Below are positions 1 to 9,320 of a stretch of 20,000 bases of DNA, piece after piece (position 1 is the first letter of the stretch; every line of letters starts with the position of its first letter). Below the pieces are notes generated by a model, which was given only the letters and a program-made list of their open reading frames with translations, made no database searches and had not been told where the DNA came from. A program made the position numbers and the translations under genes. The DNA is taken from sequence record DRR723986_6657. One strand, given 5' to 3'.

Positions 1-1209
1 CGTGCCAAGGAAGCTGGCTATGCCGTGCCGGACGAGGCGATGGACCGGGCCTATGGCGCCCTGCGCCAGATCGCGACGGGCGATGCCTGGCGGGTGTATG
101 GCTACAATACGGACGTCTATGAGAGCCGCTATTCCAACGACACGGTCGACCAGATGATGAAACGGTCCTCGGCCTATGCGCTCTATGTGCTGGCCAAGGC
201 AGGCAAGGCGGACATTTCCCGCCTCCGTTACCTGCACGACCGTGAACTGAAGTCGATCGACAGCCCGCTGGCACGGGCCCATATCGGCGCGGCGCTGGCG
301 CAGCTGGGTGACAAGGCCCGTGCGAACTCCGCCTTCAAGGCGGCGGAAGACGCGCTGGGTTACAACAATACCGGCGATTATTACCAGACGCCGCTGCGGG
401 ACCTGGCCGGCGTGCTGGCGCTCGCTGCGGAGGCTGGCCAGACCAGCACGCTGGAAAGCCTGTCCGAGAAGCTCGGCAATGAATCGCCAGACCCGTCCCG
501 CCTGACCACGCAGGAGAAATCCTTCCTCCTGCAGGCGGTGAATGATCTGGGCGCTGGCGAAGACGGCTTCCGCCTCGAGGTCGAAGGCCTTGGCCGCGGT
601 AACAACAATGACCGCCAATATGCCCTGACCGAAGAGCAGGCCCGCGAAGGCGTGACCTTCACCCTCGGCGGCAAGGCGCCGATGTTCCGGACCGTGCTGG
701 TGTCCGGCGCACCGACAAGTGCCCCACCCGCCGCCGCCTCGAAGATGAAGGTCGAAAAGTCCTTCTACACGCTGACAGGCGGCCGGGTGGACCTCGCCCG
801 CGTCAATCAGGGTGACCAGCTGGTCGTGAAGCTGACCGTTTCACCTGAGGAGCGCCGCCTGAACCCGGTGATCGTGGCGGATCTGCTGCCCGCCGGTTTC
901 GAGATTGAGACGGTGCTGCGCCCGGCCGATGGCCGCCAGGAATACGGCCAGTCCGGCGCCTTCGCCTATCTGGGCCAGCTGGCAAACGTCCAGACCGCGC
1001 AAGCGCAGGACGACCGCTATGTGGCCGCCGTCGATGTCTACTCGAACTCGGTGACCATGGCTTATGTGGTCCGGGCGGTGACACCGGGTGACTTCGCCAT
1101 CCCGGGCGTCGTTGCCGAGGACATGTACCGCCCGGCCGTGTTCGCCCGCTCCAAGGCTGGCCGCGTGACCATCGCCCCGGCCCAGAGCGGGGCCGAAGGA
1201 GGCAGATAA
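1..1209 (+). CDS. yfhM: Bacterial alpha-2-macroglobulin family protein (YfhM-like), C-terminal part; 5' end lies upstream of the window
   Basis: Frame is open from base 1 (RAKEAGYAVP...). It has helical TED-like segments (AYALYVLAKAG, YYQTPLRDLA) and the typical C-terminal domain (VIVADLLPAGFEIE, DDRYVA, VRAVTPGDFAIPGVVAEDMYRP). It sits directly upstream of pbpC, the known conserved pairing. Confidence 0.93.
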   Translation, partial: RAKEAGYAVPDEAMDRAYGALRQIATGDAWRVYGYNTDVYESRYSNDTVDQMMKRSSAYALYVLAKAGKADISRLRYLHDRELKSIDSPLARAHIGAALAQLGDKARANSAFKAAEDALGYNNTGDYYQTPLRDLAGVLALAAEAGQTSTLESLSEKLGNESPDPSRLTTQEKSFLLQAVNDLGAGEDGFRLEVEGLGRGNNNDRQYALTEEQAREGVTFTLGGKAPMFRTVLVSGAPTSAPPAAASKMKVEKSFYTLTGGRVDLARVNQGDQLVVKLTVSPEERRLNPVIVADLLPAGFEIETVLRPADGRQEYGQSGAFAYLGQLANVQTAQAQDDRYVAAVDVYSNSVTMAYVVRAVTPGDFAIPGVVAEDMYRPAVFARSKAGRVTIAPAQSGAEGGR

Positions 1210-1213
1210 GGCC

Positions 1214-3274
1214 ATGCTGACAGCGCGCCGGATCTTTGTCGGCATCTTCGCGCTGTTCCTTGCCGTGGTCGTCGCGGACAGGCTGCTGCCTCCGCCACTG
1301 GAAAGGGCGGGGGGGCTGTCTGCCCTCGTGACGGACCGGGACGGCAAGCCGCTGCGCGCCTTCGCGACGCCGGATGGCCGTTGGCGGTTCGCCGGAGATC
1401 TCGACCGCATCGACCCGGACTTCATCGACGCGCTGATCCGCGTGGAAGACAAGCGCTTCTACCAGCACCGAGGCACTGACTGGATGGGTCTCAGCCGCGC
1501 AGCGGTAGACTCGGTGTTTGCCGGCCGCATCGTCTCTGGCGGCTCAACCCTGACCATGCAGACCGCGCGCATGCTGGAACCGCGGGACCGGAACATCGGT
1601 TCGAAGCTGATCGAGATTGCCCGGGCCTGGCAACTGGAGCGACGTCTCACCAAGGACGAGATCCTGTCACTTTACCTGTCGCTGACGCCGTATGGCGGAA
1701 ACCTTGAAGGCGTGCGCGCGGCGAGCTGGAGTTATTTCGGACATGAGGCTGACAAGCTCTCCAAGGACGAGATCGCGCTGCTGATTGCCCTGCCGCAATC
1801 GCCGGAAGTGCGCCGGCCAGACCGGCACCCGGAGAATGCCGAACGCGCCCGTAACTGGGTGGCGGAGAAGCTCCAGCGCTATGACGTCTTCACCGAAGGC
1901 GATGTCGAGGATGTCGCTACGCTCTCCGTGCCTGGACGGCGGCGGGATTTCCCGGACCGGGCCTGGCACGGCACCGCCAAGGCCCTGGCGGAAGGGCCGC
2001 GCGAAGATGTCCGCTCCACGCTCGATGCCGGCCTGCAGGCAGAAGTCGAACGGATCGCACTGACCCGGGCCGAAGCCGAGGGCCAAGACGTACAGGTTTC
2101 GGTGCTGGTCGTGCATGTGCCGACGCGGGCCGTGCGCGCAGTGGCAGGCTCTGCCTCGCGCGACCGGCCGGGTGGCTGGCTGGACCTGACGGCGCAGGCG
2201 CGCTCGCCGGGTTCCACGCTGAAACCCTTCATCTATGCCATGGCCTTCGACGATGGCACCGCCGCGCCGGACACACGCGTCGCAGACTTGCCGACGCGGT
2301 TTGCCTCCTACCAGCCGGAAAACTTCGATCGCATGTTCCGCGGCGATGTCCGCGTGTCAGATGCGCTGCAGCACTCTTTAAACATTCCCGCCGTCGCGAT
2401 GCTGGACCGTGTGGGGCCGGAGCGCTTCGCCGCGCAGCTTGCTTCGGCGGGCGCCCGCCCGCGCATCTCCGGCGGGGCAGAACACGAAGCCGGGCTCGCC
2501 ATTGCGCTGGGCGGGGCAGGACTGACCGCGCGCGAACTGGCCGTGCTCTATGCCGCGCTCGGCGATGATGGCGTCGCCAAGCCGCTGGTCTGGCGCGCGG
2601 ATGAGGAAGCGGCAAACTATGAAGCGACCGGCAAGCGCCTCGTGAGCGGGGAGAGCGCCGGGGAAGTGCTCGACATTTTGCGCAAGGCACCGACACCGGA
2701 AGGCCGCATGCCCGGCTCACTGACGGCGCACGCGCCGCAAATCGCGTTCAAGACGGGCACATCCTATGGCTTCCGCGATGCCTGGGCGGCGGGTGTCTCT
2801 GGCCAGCACGCGATCATCGTCTGGGTCGGCCGGGCCGACGGGGCGCCGCGCGCGGGAAAAACCGGGCACGACACGGCCCTGCCGATCCTGTTTGAAGTGG
2901 CCGACCGCGTCGCCCAGCACTTGCAGGACGAGGGTGAGGCAACCATGCGGCTGACCAGCGAGAAACGCCTCTTGAAATCCCATGGCGCGATGAAGTCTCT
3001 GGAAGACGCCGGACCGCCGCAGATTCTGTTCCCGCCACAGGCCGCAGAGCTTTGGGCGGGGCCGGTCAACGGACGCTCCGCCCGCGGCTTTGTTCTGGCC
3101 GGGCGCGGCGAAGGCGGACTCAGCTGGTACATCGATGGCAGGCCATGCGACACGGATGATGCCGGAGTTCCGGTGTGGAAGCCGGAACGGCCAGGCTTCT
3201 ACACGGTAACTGCAGTAGATTCTGCAGGACGCTCTAGCCGCGTCCGTGTGCGCGTGCTGACCGGGCCTGCCTGA
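1214..3274 (+). CDS. pbpC: Penicillin-binding protein 1C (transglycosylase/transpeptidase)
   Basis: N-terminal membrane anchor; GT51 motifs EDKRFYQH, GGSTLTMQTAR and YGGNLEG; transpeptidase motifs SxxK (STLK), SxN (SLN) and KTG (KTGTS); C-terminal beta domain (PPQILFP...WYIDG). Starts 4 bp after the alpha-2-macroglobulin stop. Confidence 0.95.
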   Translation: MLTARRIFVGIFALFLAVVVADRLLPPPLERAGGLSALVTDRDGKPLRAFATPDGRWRFAGDLDRIDPDFIDALIRVEDKRFYQHRGTDWMGLSRAAVDSVFAGRIVSGGSTLTMQTARMLEPRDRNIGSKLIEIARAWQLERRLTKDEILSLYLSLTPYGGNLEGVRAASWSYFGHEADKLSKDEIALLIALPQSPEVRRPDRHPENAERARNWVAEKLQRYDVFTEGDVEDVATLSVPGRRRDFPDRAWHGTAKALAEGPREDVRSTLDAGLQAEVERIALTRAEAEGQDVQVSVLVVHVPTRAVRAVAGSASRDRPGGWLDLTAQARSPGSTLKPFIYAMAFDDGTAAPDTRVADLPTRFASYQPENFDRMFRGDVRVSDALQHSLNIPAVAMLDRVGPERFAAQLASAGARPRISGGAEHEAGLAIALGGAGLTARELAVLYAALGDDGVAKPLVWRADEEAANYEATGKRLVSGESAGEVLDILRKAPTPEGRMPGSLTAHAPQIAFKTGTSYGFRDAWAAGVSGQHAIIVWVGRADGAPRAGKTGHDTALPILFEVADRVAQHLQDEGEATMRLTSEKRLLKSHGAMKSLEDAGPPQILFPPQAAELWAGPVNGRSARGFVLAGRGEGGLSWYIDGRPCDTDDAGVPVWKPERPGFYTVTAVDSAGRSSRVRVRVLTGPA

Positions 3275-3429
3275 AAACACGGCAAAGCCACAAATGTGCC
3301 GCTTTCAGACAACACAGGCGCAACACATTCCTGTTAGGACTGTGTTTACAGGGTTACGAACCATCGGTCATTTCCCATATCAGACGGGAAGTAAAATGGT
3401 CCCGGCCTGAATGACAGAGTAGAAGTAAG

Positions 3430-4080
3430 ATGCGTACCCGTTCACCCCAGTCTGTTGCCCTTGTTGCAGGTCTTGCCGCGATGGCGCTTGGCTTCTTTTC
3501 CAGCGCCGGTGCGCAGGATCAGGTTTCCAGCCCGGACGCGAAACGTCTGTCGACGGCAGTGTTTGCGGGTGGCTGCTTCTGGTGCGTGGAAGCGGATTTC
3601 GACAAGGTGGACGGCGTTGTCTCGACCGTGTCCGGCTATACCGGCGGCACGGTGGTGAACCCGACCTACAAGCAGGTCTCGCACGAAAAGACAGGCCATT
3701 ATGAGGCCGTCAAAGTCACTTATGATCCGGACAAGGTCAGCTATGATGCGCTGGTGGACTATTACTTCCACCACATCGATCCGACCGATGCGACCGGCCA
3801 GTTCTGCGACAAGGGTGACAGCTATCGCTCTGCCGTGTTTGTCGCCAATGGCGACCAGCGCGAAGTGGTGGAAGCCGAGATCGACATGATCAACGCGTCC
3901 GGCGTGCTGGGCACGCCTGTGGTGACGCAGATCCTCGACGCCAGCACTTTCTGGCCGGCCGAGGACTATCATCAGGACTATTACAAGAAGAACCCGCTCA
4001 AATACCGCTACTACCGCACAGCCTGCGGACGTGATGCGCGGGTGAAGAATGTCTGGGCAGTCGCCTCATCCGGCCACTGA
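3430..4080 (+). CDS. msrA: Peptide-methionine (S)-S-oxide reductase MsrA, with a predicted signal peptide
   Basis: Catalytic FAGGCFWC, plus SGYTGG, GHYEAV, GQFCDKGDSYRS and AEDYHQDYY. The hydrophobic N-terminus ends in AGA|Q. Confidence 0.96.
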   Translation: MRTRSPQSVALVAGLAAMALGFFSSAGAQDQVSSPDAKRLSTAVFAGGCFWCVEADFDKVDGVVSTVSGYTGGTVVNPTYKQVSHEKTGHYEAVKVTYDPDKVSYDALVDYYFHHIDPTDATGQFCDKGDSYRSAVFVANGDQREVVEAEIDMINASGVLGTPVVTQILDASTFWPAEDYHQDYYKKNPLKYRYYRTACGRDARVKNVWAVASSGH

Positions 4081-4088
4081 TCTGGCGA

Positions 4089-5819
4089 TCACGGATCCGG
4101 CGATTCCGATTTTGCAGGGCAGGGTGCAGGCGGGAATTCCGTCTGGCCTTTGAACCGGTCTTCCCAGGCCGCGTCATGGACCTGCGGCTCAAATCCCGAA
4201 GCGACATAAAGGACGAAGCTGCGCGAGAGCGGACAGCCATTGCTGCGCTTGCCAAGCGGCACGGAAATCTCGCCCGCCTGTTCGAAAGTCTCGAACTCGC
4301 TGCGCAGCATTGGCCGCATCCCCGGATGGATCGAAACGACCAGCACGCGCTGGTCCAGCGGGGCGTCGAGCGGCTGGGATTCAGAGAAGCTTTTCGGCAC
4401 GCCGTAACGCCGCCAGGAGAGCAGCGGCAGGGTCCGGTCGCGGCCATAATAATCCAGCCCATGCCAGACTTCACGCTCGTCCACGAGGACGGCCGTTGCT
4501 CCCAGCGACTGGGCAATGCCGAACACATCCTTGGCGGCCTGATCCCAGCCGCGCGTGCGCTTCAGGGCATTGTCGAGGCCGAGTGCGGTCGACGATTGCA
4601 GCGGCAGGAGCGAGATCACCGCGAAGCTGAGCGCGAGCACACCGTGCAGGCCAATGCTGAACCAGAGCAGGCCGGACGGGCGGTATTTCACCATGGTTGC
4701 GAACAGCAGAAGGCCGCCACTCACCAGAACGCCGAGCCCGAGGCGCACCAAGACGCTGAGGTCCGGCACGAACTGAAGCGCCACAAAGGTGAGCCCCGCC
4801 ACGATGAGCCAGAGGTTCCGGTTGGGGCGAGCGCGCACCAGCCAGGCCGCAACCAGCACGCTGGCGGCGGGGTAGGCCGTTGCCGCCCAGTTCGCATTCG
4901 CGCGGGAGAGGACGGCCTGGCCGAGAATGATGATCAGGACCGGCAGGATGAAGCACAACAGCCAACGGTCCCGCCCCATGATGCCTTCATCCTGGGACCG
5001 GATCACGAACAGCCCGGAGACGAGCGCCAGGAAACTGACCGGCCCGAACACGCCCAGCTGGTCGACCAGGAAGGTCAGTGCGTTTTCAGGATTGATCAGG
5101 TCTCCGCCGAGATTGGCATTGTCGACCGTGTGACTGACCGTCTTGAAGTCATGCGCGGCATTCCAGGCCATGTGCGGGGCGAAGACCAGCCCGGCGAGGG
5201 CCAGCACGAGGAGGCCGCGCGGCGAAATCAGCGCGCGGCGCGTGTCCCGGTCGATCAGCAAGGTCAGGACGATGCCGATTAGGAAGTAGATCATCGCATA
5301 TTTCGACAGGAGGCCCGCGCCGATGGCGAGCCCGAGACCGGCGGCGCTGGTCCAGCTGCCTTCCCCGGTGCGCAGGCGCCAGAAGCAGAAGAGGGCTGCG
5401 CACCAGAAGGGCATCAGCACGCCATCGGTCGAGATCACGGCGGATGACAGGATCACCGCCGGCATCAGCGCATAGCCAAGCGCTGCCAGCATGCCCGTGC
5501 GGCCGCCATACATGTCGCGTCCGAGATGAAACAGGAAGATGGCTCCGACCGTGTGCAGGAAAGGGGCGGGCAGACGAACGGCCCATTCCGAATTGCCGAG
5601 TACGGAGGTCACCGCGTGGATCAGCCAGGCGATCATCGGCGGTTTTGAATAATAGCCCCAGTCCAGCGTCTCGCCCCAGCGCCAGTACTGGGCTTCATCG
5701 GCATAGAGGTTCAGCGGCGAGACCGCGAGCAGCAAGACTCGTAGTGCCAGCAGAATCATCAAGGTCAGATAGGTGATACGGCGCCAGTCTGTCGTCGATT
5801 CGCCGGGGGATTCGGTCAT
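4089..5819 (-). CDS. ArnT/PMT_2 (GT-C fold, GT39/GT83-like) polyprenol-phosphate-sugar glycosyltransferase
   Basis: Motifs DEAQYWRW, GYYSKPPMIAW, AVRLP, STDG and GLLSKY, with many transmembrane segments and a C-terminal periplasmic domain. SD-like GAGG precedes the ATG. Confidence 0.88.
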   Translation of the reverse strand: MTESPGESTTDWRRITYLTLMILLALRVLLLAVSPLNLYADEAQYWRWGETLDWGYYSKPPMIAWLIHAVTSVLGNSEWAVRLPAPFLHTVGAIFLFHLGRDMYGGRTGMLAALGYALMPAVILSSAVISTDGVLMPFWCAALFCFWRLRTGEGSWTSAAGLGLAIGAGLLSKYAMIYFLIGIVLTLLIDRDTRRALISPRGLLVLALAGLVFAPHMAWNAAHDFKTVSHTVDNANLGGDLINPENALTFLVDQLGVFGPVSFLALVSGLFVIRSQDEGIMGRDRWLLCFILPVLIIILGQAVLSRANANWAATAYPAASVLVAAWLVRARPNRNLWLIVAGLTFVALQFVPDLSVLVRLGLGVLVSGGLLLFATMVKYRPSGLLWFSIGLHGVLALSFAVISLLPLQSSTALGLDNALKRTRGWDQAAKDVFGIAQSLGATAVLVDEREVWHGLDYYGRDRTLPLLSWRRYGVPKSFSESQPLDAPLDQRVLVVSIHPGMRPMLRSEFETFEQAGEISVPLGKRSNGCPLSRSFVLYVASGFEPQVHDAAWEDRFKGQTEFPPAPCPAKSESPDP

Positions 5820-5998
5820 TTGCCTCAGGCCTTTCGGGAGAGACGCCGGTTATGCGATGGGGCGGAGACAGAATATACCCCAAAATGCACGTTTTCGGGT
5901 GAAGATCAGGTGAGCCGAATATTGCAACCGTGTCATTTTTGCATCGCACCATCGCCTTTGACACGAATCCGATAGGCATGTGTTTAACCTTCAAGATC

Positions 5999-6016
5999 CT
6001 GTCACTAATCTGTCAT
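5999..6016 (+). promoter_or_regulatory. Putative PhoB-binding Pho box
   Basis: CTGTCAC-TAAT-CTGTCAT is a 7-4-7 direct repeat with 11-bp period and AT-rich spacer, matching the CTGTCAT-N4-CTGTCAY consensus. A possible -10 (GCTATGC, 6025-6031) follows, upstream of the TonB receptor. Confidence 0.75.
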
Positions 6017-6092
6017 CCGGAGTCGCTATGCGACCCCAAACCGGACGGTGTGCAAGGGCATCGGCTGGGGATCTCTCGGACAGGGGAAAATC

Positions 6093-9000
6093 ATGATCAA
6101 CTGGAATAACTTCGCTCGCGGGGCTGCTGTATCAGCCATTGCGATCACGGCGGCAGGCATTGCATCGGCACAGGTTACGACCTCGTCGATCTCTGGCTCC
6201 GTCGTTGATGAGTCCGGAGCCGCCGTTTCCGGCGCTACCGTCACCATCCTTCACGAGCCGTCGGGTACGGTTTCCGTCGCTTCGACCAACGCAGCTGGCC
6301 AGTTCGCGGCTCAGAACCTCCGCGTTGGCGGCCCGTACAGCGTCACCATCACCGGTGAAGGCTTCGTTCCGGCCCGCGCTGAAGGCGTTTACGCCAACCT
6401 CGGTGAAGACACCGACCTCAACCTCTCGATCTCGCGCGCAGACGACGCTGCCGTGATGGACACGGTTGTCATCACCGGCACCGCGCTTCAGGTCGCTCAG
6501 GTCGCGACCGGCCCGTCTTCGACCTACAACCTCGCGACGCTGGAGAATCTTCCGGCGATGAACCGCGACATCAAGGACATCGTCCGTCTCGACCCGCGCG
6601 TCTATGTCGACGAAGCCTTCAACGACGCCATCAACTGTGCCGGTGCAAACCCGCGCTACAACTCACTGACCGTCGACGGCGCACGCCTGTCCGACAATTT
6701 CGGTCTGAACTCGAACGGTTACCCGACCGAGCGCATTCCGTTCTCCTTCGACTCGATCGAACAGGTCTCTGTTGAGCTTGCTCCGTTCGACGTCGAATAC
6801 GGCCAGTTCACCGCCTGTAACGTCAACGCCGTGACCAAGTCCGGCGGCAACGAATTCCACGGCGGCCTGTTCTTCGACTACACCGATGACTCGCTGACCG
6901 GCGACGAAACCGACGGCATCGCCCGCGACCTCGGCTCCTTCGAAGAGAAGCGCTACGGCTTCAACGTTGGCGGCCCGATCATCAAGGACAAGCTGTTCTT
7001 CTTCGGTTCCTACGAGAAATTCGAAGGCGCAAACATCTTCGGCAACACGCCGGAAGGCGCTGGCATCACCCAGGCTGATTACGACCAGATCATCTCGATC
7101 GCTGAAGGCTATGGCTACGTTTCCGGCGGCCTGCCAACGTCCCTGGCTGTCGAAGACGAGAAAATCTTCGTCAAACTGGACTGGAACATCAACGACGATC
7201 ACCGTGCAACGGCGTCGTACAATTACAATGACGGCTTCAACTTCAGCCCGTCGGATTCCGGTTCTACCCGTCTTGCTGACGGAAACCACTATTACGAGCG
7301 CGGCGCCAAACTGCAGAACTATTCCGCAGCGCTCTACTCCGACTGGTCCGAAAACCTGTCGACCGAACTGCGCGTCACCTATGTTGACCTCGACAATCGC
7401 CAGATCCCGGTTGCCGGTCTCGACAATTTCGGTGAAGTCCAGGTCCGGGTTGGCCGCAGCACGGTTTACCTCGGTGCAGACGACTCCCGTCACGCCAACC
7501 AGCTGAACTACACCACCCTGAACTACAAGGCGAAAGCCGACTACACGATGGGTGACCACACCTTCACGTTCGGTGCCGAACGTGAAGAGTTCGAAGTGTT
7601 CAACCTCTTCATTCAGGAAGTCCAGGGCGAGTGGGTATTCAATTCCATCGCAGACTTCGCATCCGGCGACTTCTCCGACTTCCGTTACGAGAACGCCGCT
7701 GGTTCGAATGATCAGAATGATGGCGCAGCCGACTTCGGCTACGAGATCAACACGATCTACGTTCAGGACGACTGGCAGGTTACGGACAAGCTCGATGTTG
7801 TCCTCGGCCTCCGCTACGACTTCTACACGTCGGGCGACAAGCCGAGGCTCAACCAGGGCTTCTTCGACGACTACGGCATCCGTAATGACGAAAACATGGA
7901 CGGCCGCGACCTGCTGCAGCCGCGCTTCGGCTTTACCTATGAGTTCAATGACGACATCAGCTTCCATGGGGGTGCCGGTCTCTACTCCGGTGGTAACCCG
8001 AACGTCTGGATCTCGAACAACTACTCCAACAATGGCGTGACCCTGTTCGAATACCGTGTTCGCGGCGGGAACATCGGCGACTTCACCTACGGTGGTGGTT
8101 CCGGTCAGCCGTTCATCGATGTTCCGGATGAAGGCATCGCGGCTCTGGCAGCTGCTCAGGGTGGTGGTCCGGTCAACGCGCTCGACCCGAACTTCGAACT
8201 GCCTTCCGAGTGGAAGTTCGCGCTCGGTACGGTCGTCGATTACGACAGCGGCCATCCGCTGCTGGGTGACAACTGGCGCTTCATGGCCGACATCCTGTAC
8301 TCCAAGACGAACGAAGCAGCGATCGCTGTTCCGATCAGCTGGGTGCAGACGGATACCGCTCCGGACGGCCGCCCGATCTACGGCACCGGCAATACCAACG
8401 ACTTCCTTCTCACCAATACCAAGGAGAAGGGTGACGCGCTGGTCCTGTCCGCGGGCGTGTCCAAGGAGTACGATAACGGCATCGACTGGACGCTGGGCTA
8501 TGCCTACACCGACGCGGACGATGTGAACCCGATGACTTCGTCGGTTGCGTTCTCGAACTTCTCCAACTTCACGACGTCTGACGCCGTGAACCCGGATCTC
8601 GGTACTTCGGACTACGAGATCGCTCACCGCATCAACCTGACGGTCAACTGGGAGAAGGAATTCTTCAAAGGTCTCTACACGAAGGCATCGCTCTTCGGTA
8701 CGGCCAACGAAGGTGCTCCGTACTCCTACACGTTCGGTTCGAACACCGGCATCTTCTCGCCGCTGTTCAACAACCGCCGTGCTCTGGCCTACATCCCGAC
8801 GGGTATCGCAGATCCGCTGATCTCGCCTGCCTCGGATATGGGTGCTGTTGAGTCGCTCGTTGCCTTTGTCAACAAGGACGAGAACCTTCAGGACGCGCGT
8901 GGCAGCATCGTCAGCCGTAACTCGGCTGCCGACGACTGGTGGACGAAGTTCGACCTGAAACTGTCCCAGGAGCTTCCGGGTCTCCGCGCTGACGACCGCG

Positions 9001-9227
9001 CTGAAGCGTTCGTCATCGTCGAAAACGTCGGTAACCTGCTGAACTCTGATTGGGGTATCCTGCGCGAGCATGGCTTCCCGGCCAACGCCGAGCTGTACTC
9101 GATCAGTGGCATCGACGCTCAGGGCCGTTACATCATCGATGGCTTCAACTCGAGCGCCGACCGTGACTCCATCGTGGTCAGCCCGTCGCTGTGGCAGGTC
9201 CACTTCGGTGTGAAGTACAAGTTCTAA
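6093..9227 (+). CDS. Oar-like TonB-dependent outer-membrane receptor with N-terminal carboxypeptidase-regulatory-like domain
   Basis: Start taken at ATG 6093 after SD GGGGA. Signal peptide ends ASA|Q. It has a CarboxypepD_reg-like domain (ISGSVVDESGAAVSGATV...LRVGGPYSV), a TonB box (MDTVVITG), a plug (NSLTVDG, NAVTKSGGNEFHG), barrel motifs (YVQDDWQV, LQPRFGF) and a terminal GVKYKF. Confidence 0.95.
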   Translation: MINWNNFARGAAVSAIAITAAGIASAQVTTSSISGSVVDESGAAVSGATVTILHEPSGTVSVASTNAAGQFAAQNLRVGGPYSVTITGEGFVPARAEGVYANLGEDTDLNLSISRADDAAVMDTVVITGTALQVAQVATGPSSTYNLATLENLPAMNRDIKDIVRLDPRVYVDEAFNDAINCAGANPRYNSLTVDGARLSDNFGLNSNGYPTERIPFSFDSIEQVSVELAPFDVEYGQFTACNVNAVTKSGGNEFHGGLFFDYTDDSLTGDETDGIARDLGSFEEKRYGFNVGGPIIKDKLFFFGSYEKFEGANIFGNTPEGAGITQADYDQIISIAEGYGYVSGGLPTSLAVEDEKIFVKLDWNINDDHRATASYNYNDGFNFSPSDSGSTRLADGNHYYERGAKLQNYSAALYSDWSENLSTELRVTYVDLDNRQIPVAGLDNFGEVQVRVGRSTVYLGADDSRHANQLNYTTLNYKAKADYTMGDHTFTFGAEREEFEVFNLFIQEVQGEWVFNSIADFASGDFSDFRYENAAGSNDQNDGAADFGYEINTIYVQDDWQVTDKLDVVLGLRYDFYTSGDKPRLNQGFFDDYGIRNDENMDGRDLLQPRFGFTYEFNDDISFHGGAGLYSGGNPNVWISNNYSNNGVTLFEYRVRGGNIGDFTYGGGSGQPFIDVPDEGIAALAAAQGGGPVNALDPNFELPSEWKFALGTVVDYDSGHPLLGDNWRFMADILYSKTNEAAIAVPISWVQTDTAPDGRPIYGTGNTNDFLLTNTKEKGDALVLSAGVSKEYDNGIDWTLGYAYTDADDVNPMTSSVAFSNFSNFTTSDAVNPDLGTSDYEIAHRINLTVNWEKEFFKGLYTKASLFGTANEGAPYSYTFGSNTGIFSPLFNNRRALAYIPTGIADPLISPASDMGAVESLVAFVNKDENLQDARGSIVSRNSAADDWWTKFDLKLSQELPGLRADDRAEAFVIVENVGNLLNSDWGILREHGFPANAELYSISGIDAQGRYIIDGFNSSADRDSIVVSPSLWQVHFGVKYKF

Positions 9228-9258
9228 GCCCTACGGCCTGAACTGAATTGAAATCGGG

Positions 9259-9296
9259 AAGGGCGGCCCCATGTGGGGCCGCCCTTTTCCTTTATT
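9259..9296 (+). terminator. Rho-independent terminator of the TonB receptor gene
   Basis: Perfect 12-bp stem AAGGGCGGCCCC-atgt-GGGGCCGCCCTT followed by TTCCTTTATT, about 30 nt after the stop codon. Confidence 0.85.
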
Positions 9297-9320
9297 GATA
9301 GGTGTGGCATGGCGCGCGCG

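Noticed and set aside
1..3274. Alpha-2-macroglobulin plus pbpC as a novel defence system
   Set aside because: This is a well-described conserved pair (yfhM-pbpC).
3341..3360. ECF16/SigF-type promoter (GTAACC-N16-CGAA) for msrA
   Set aside because: GTAACC occurs only on the opposite strand and lacks a correctly spaced -10 element.
4176..5282. 368-aa plus-strand ORF opposite the glycosyltransferase
   Set aside because: It is a shadow ORF of a hydrophobic GC-rich gene, with Q/E/H/R-rich sequence and no family signature.
6663..9203. 846-aa antisense ORF inside the TonB receptor gene
   Set aside because: It is the codon-aligned antisense frame, kept open because the sense gene avoids TTA, CTA and TCA codons. 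The V/D/E/R-rich product has no recognisable motif.
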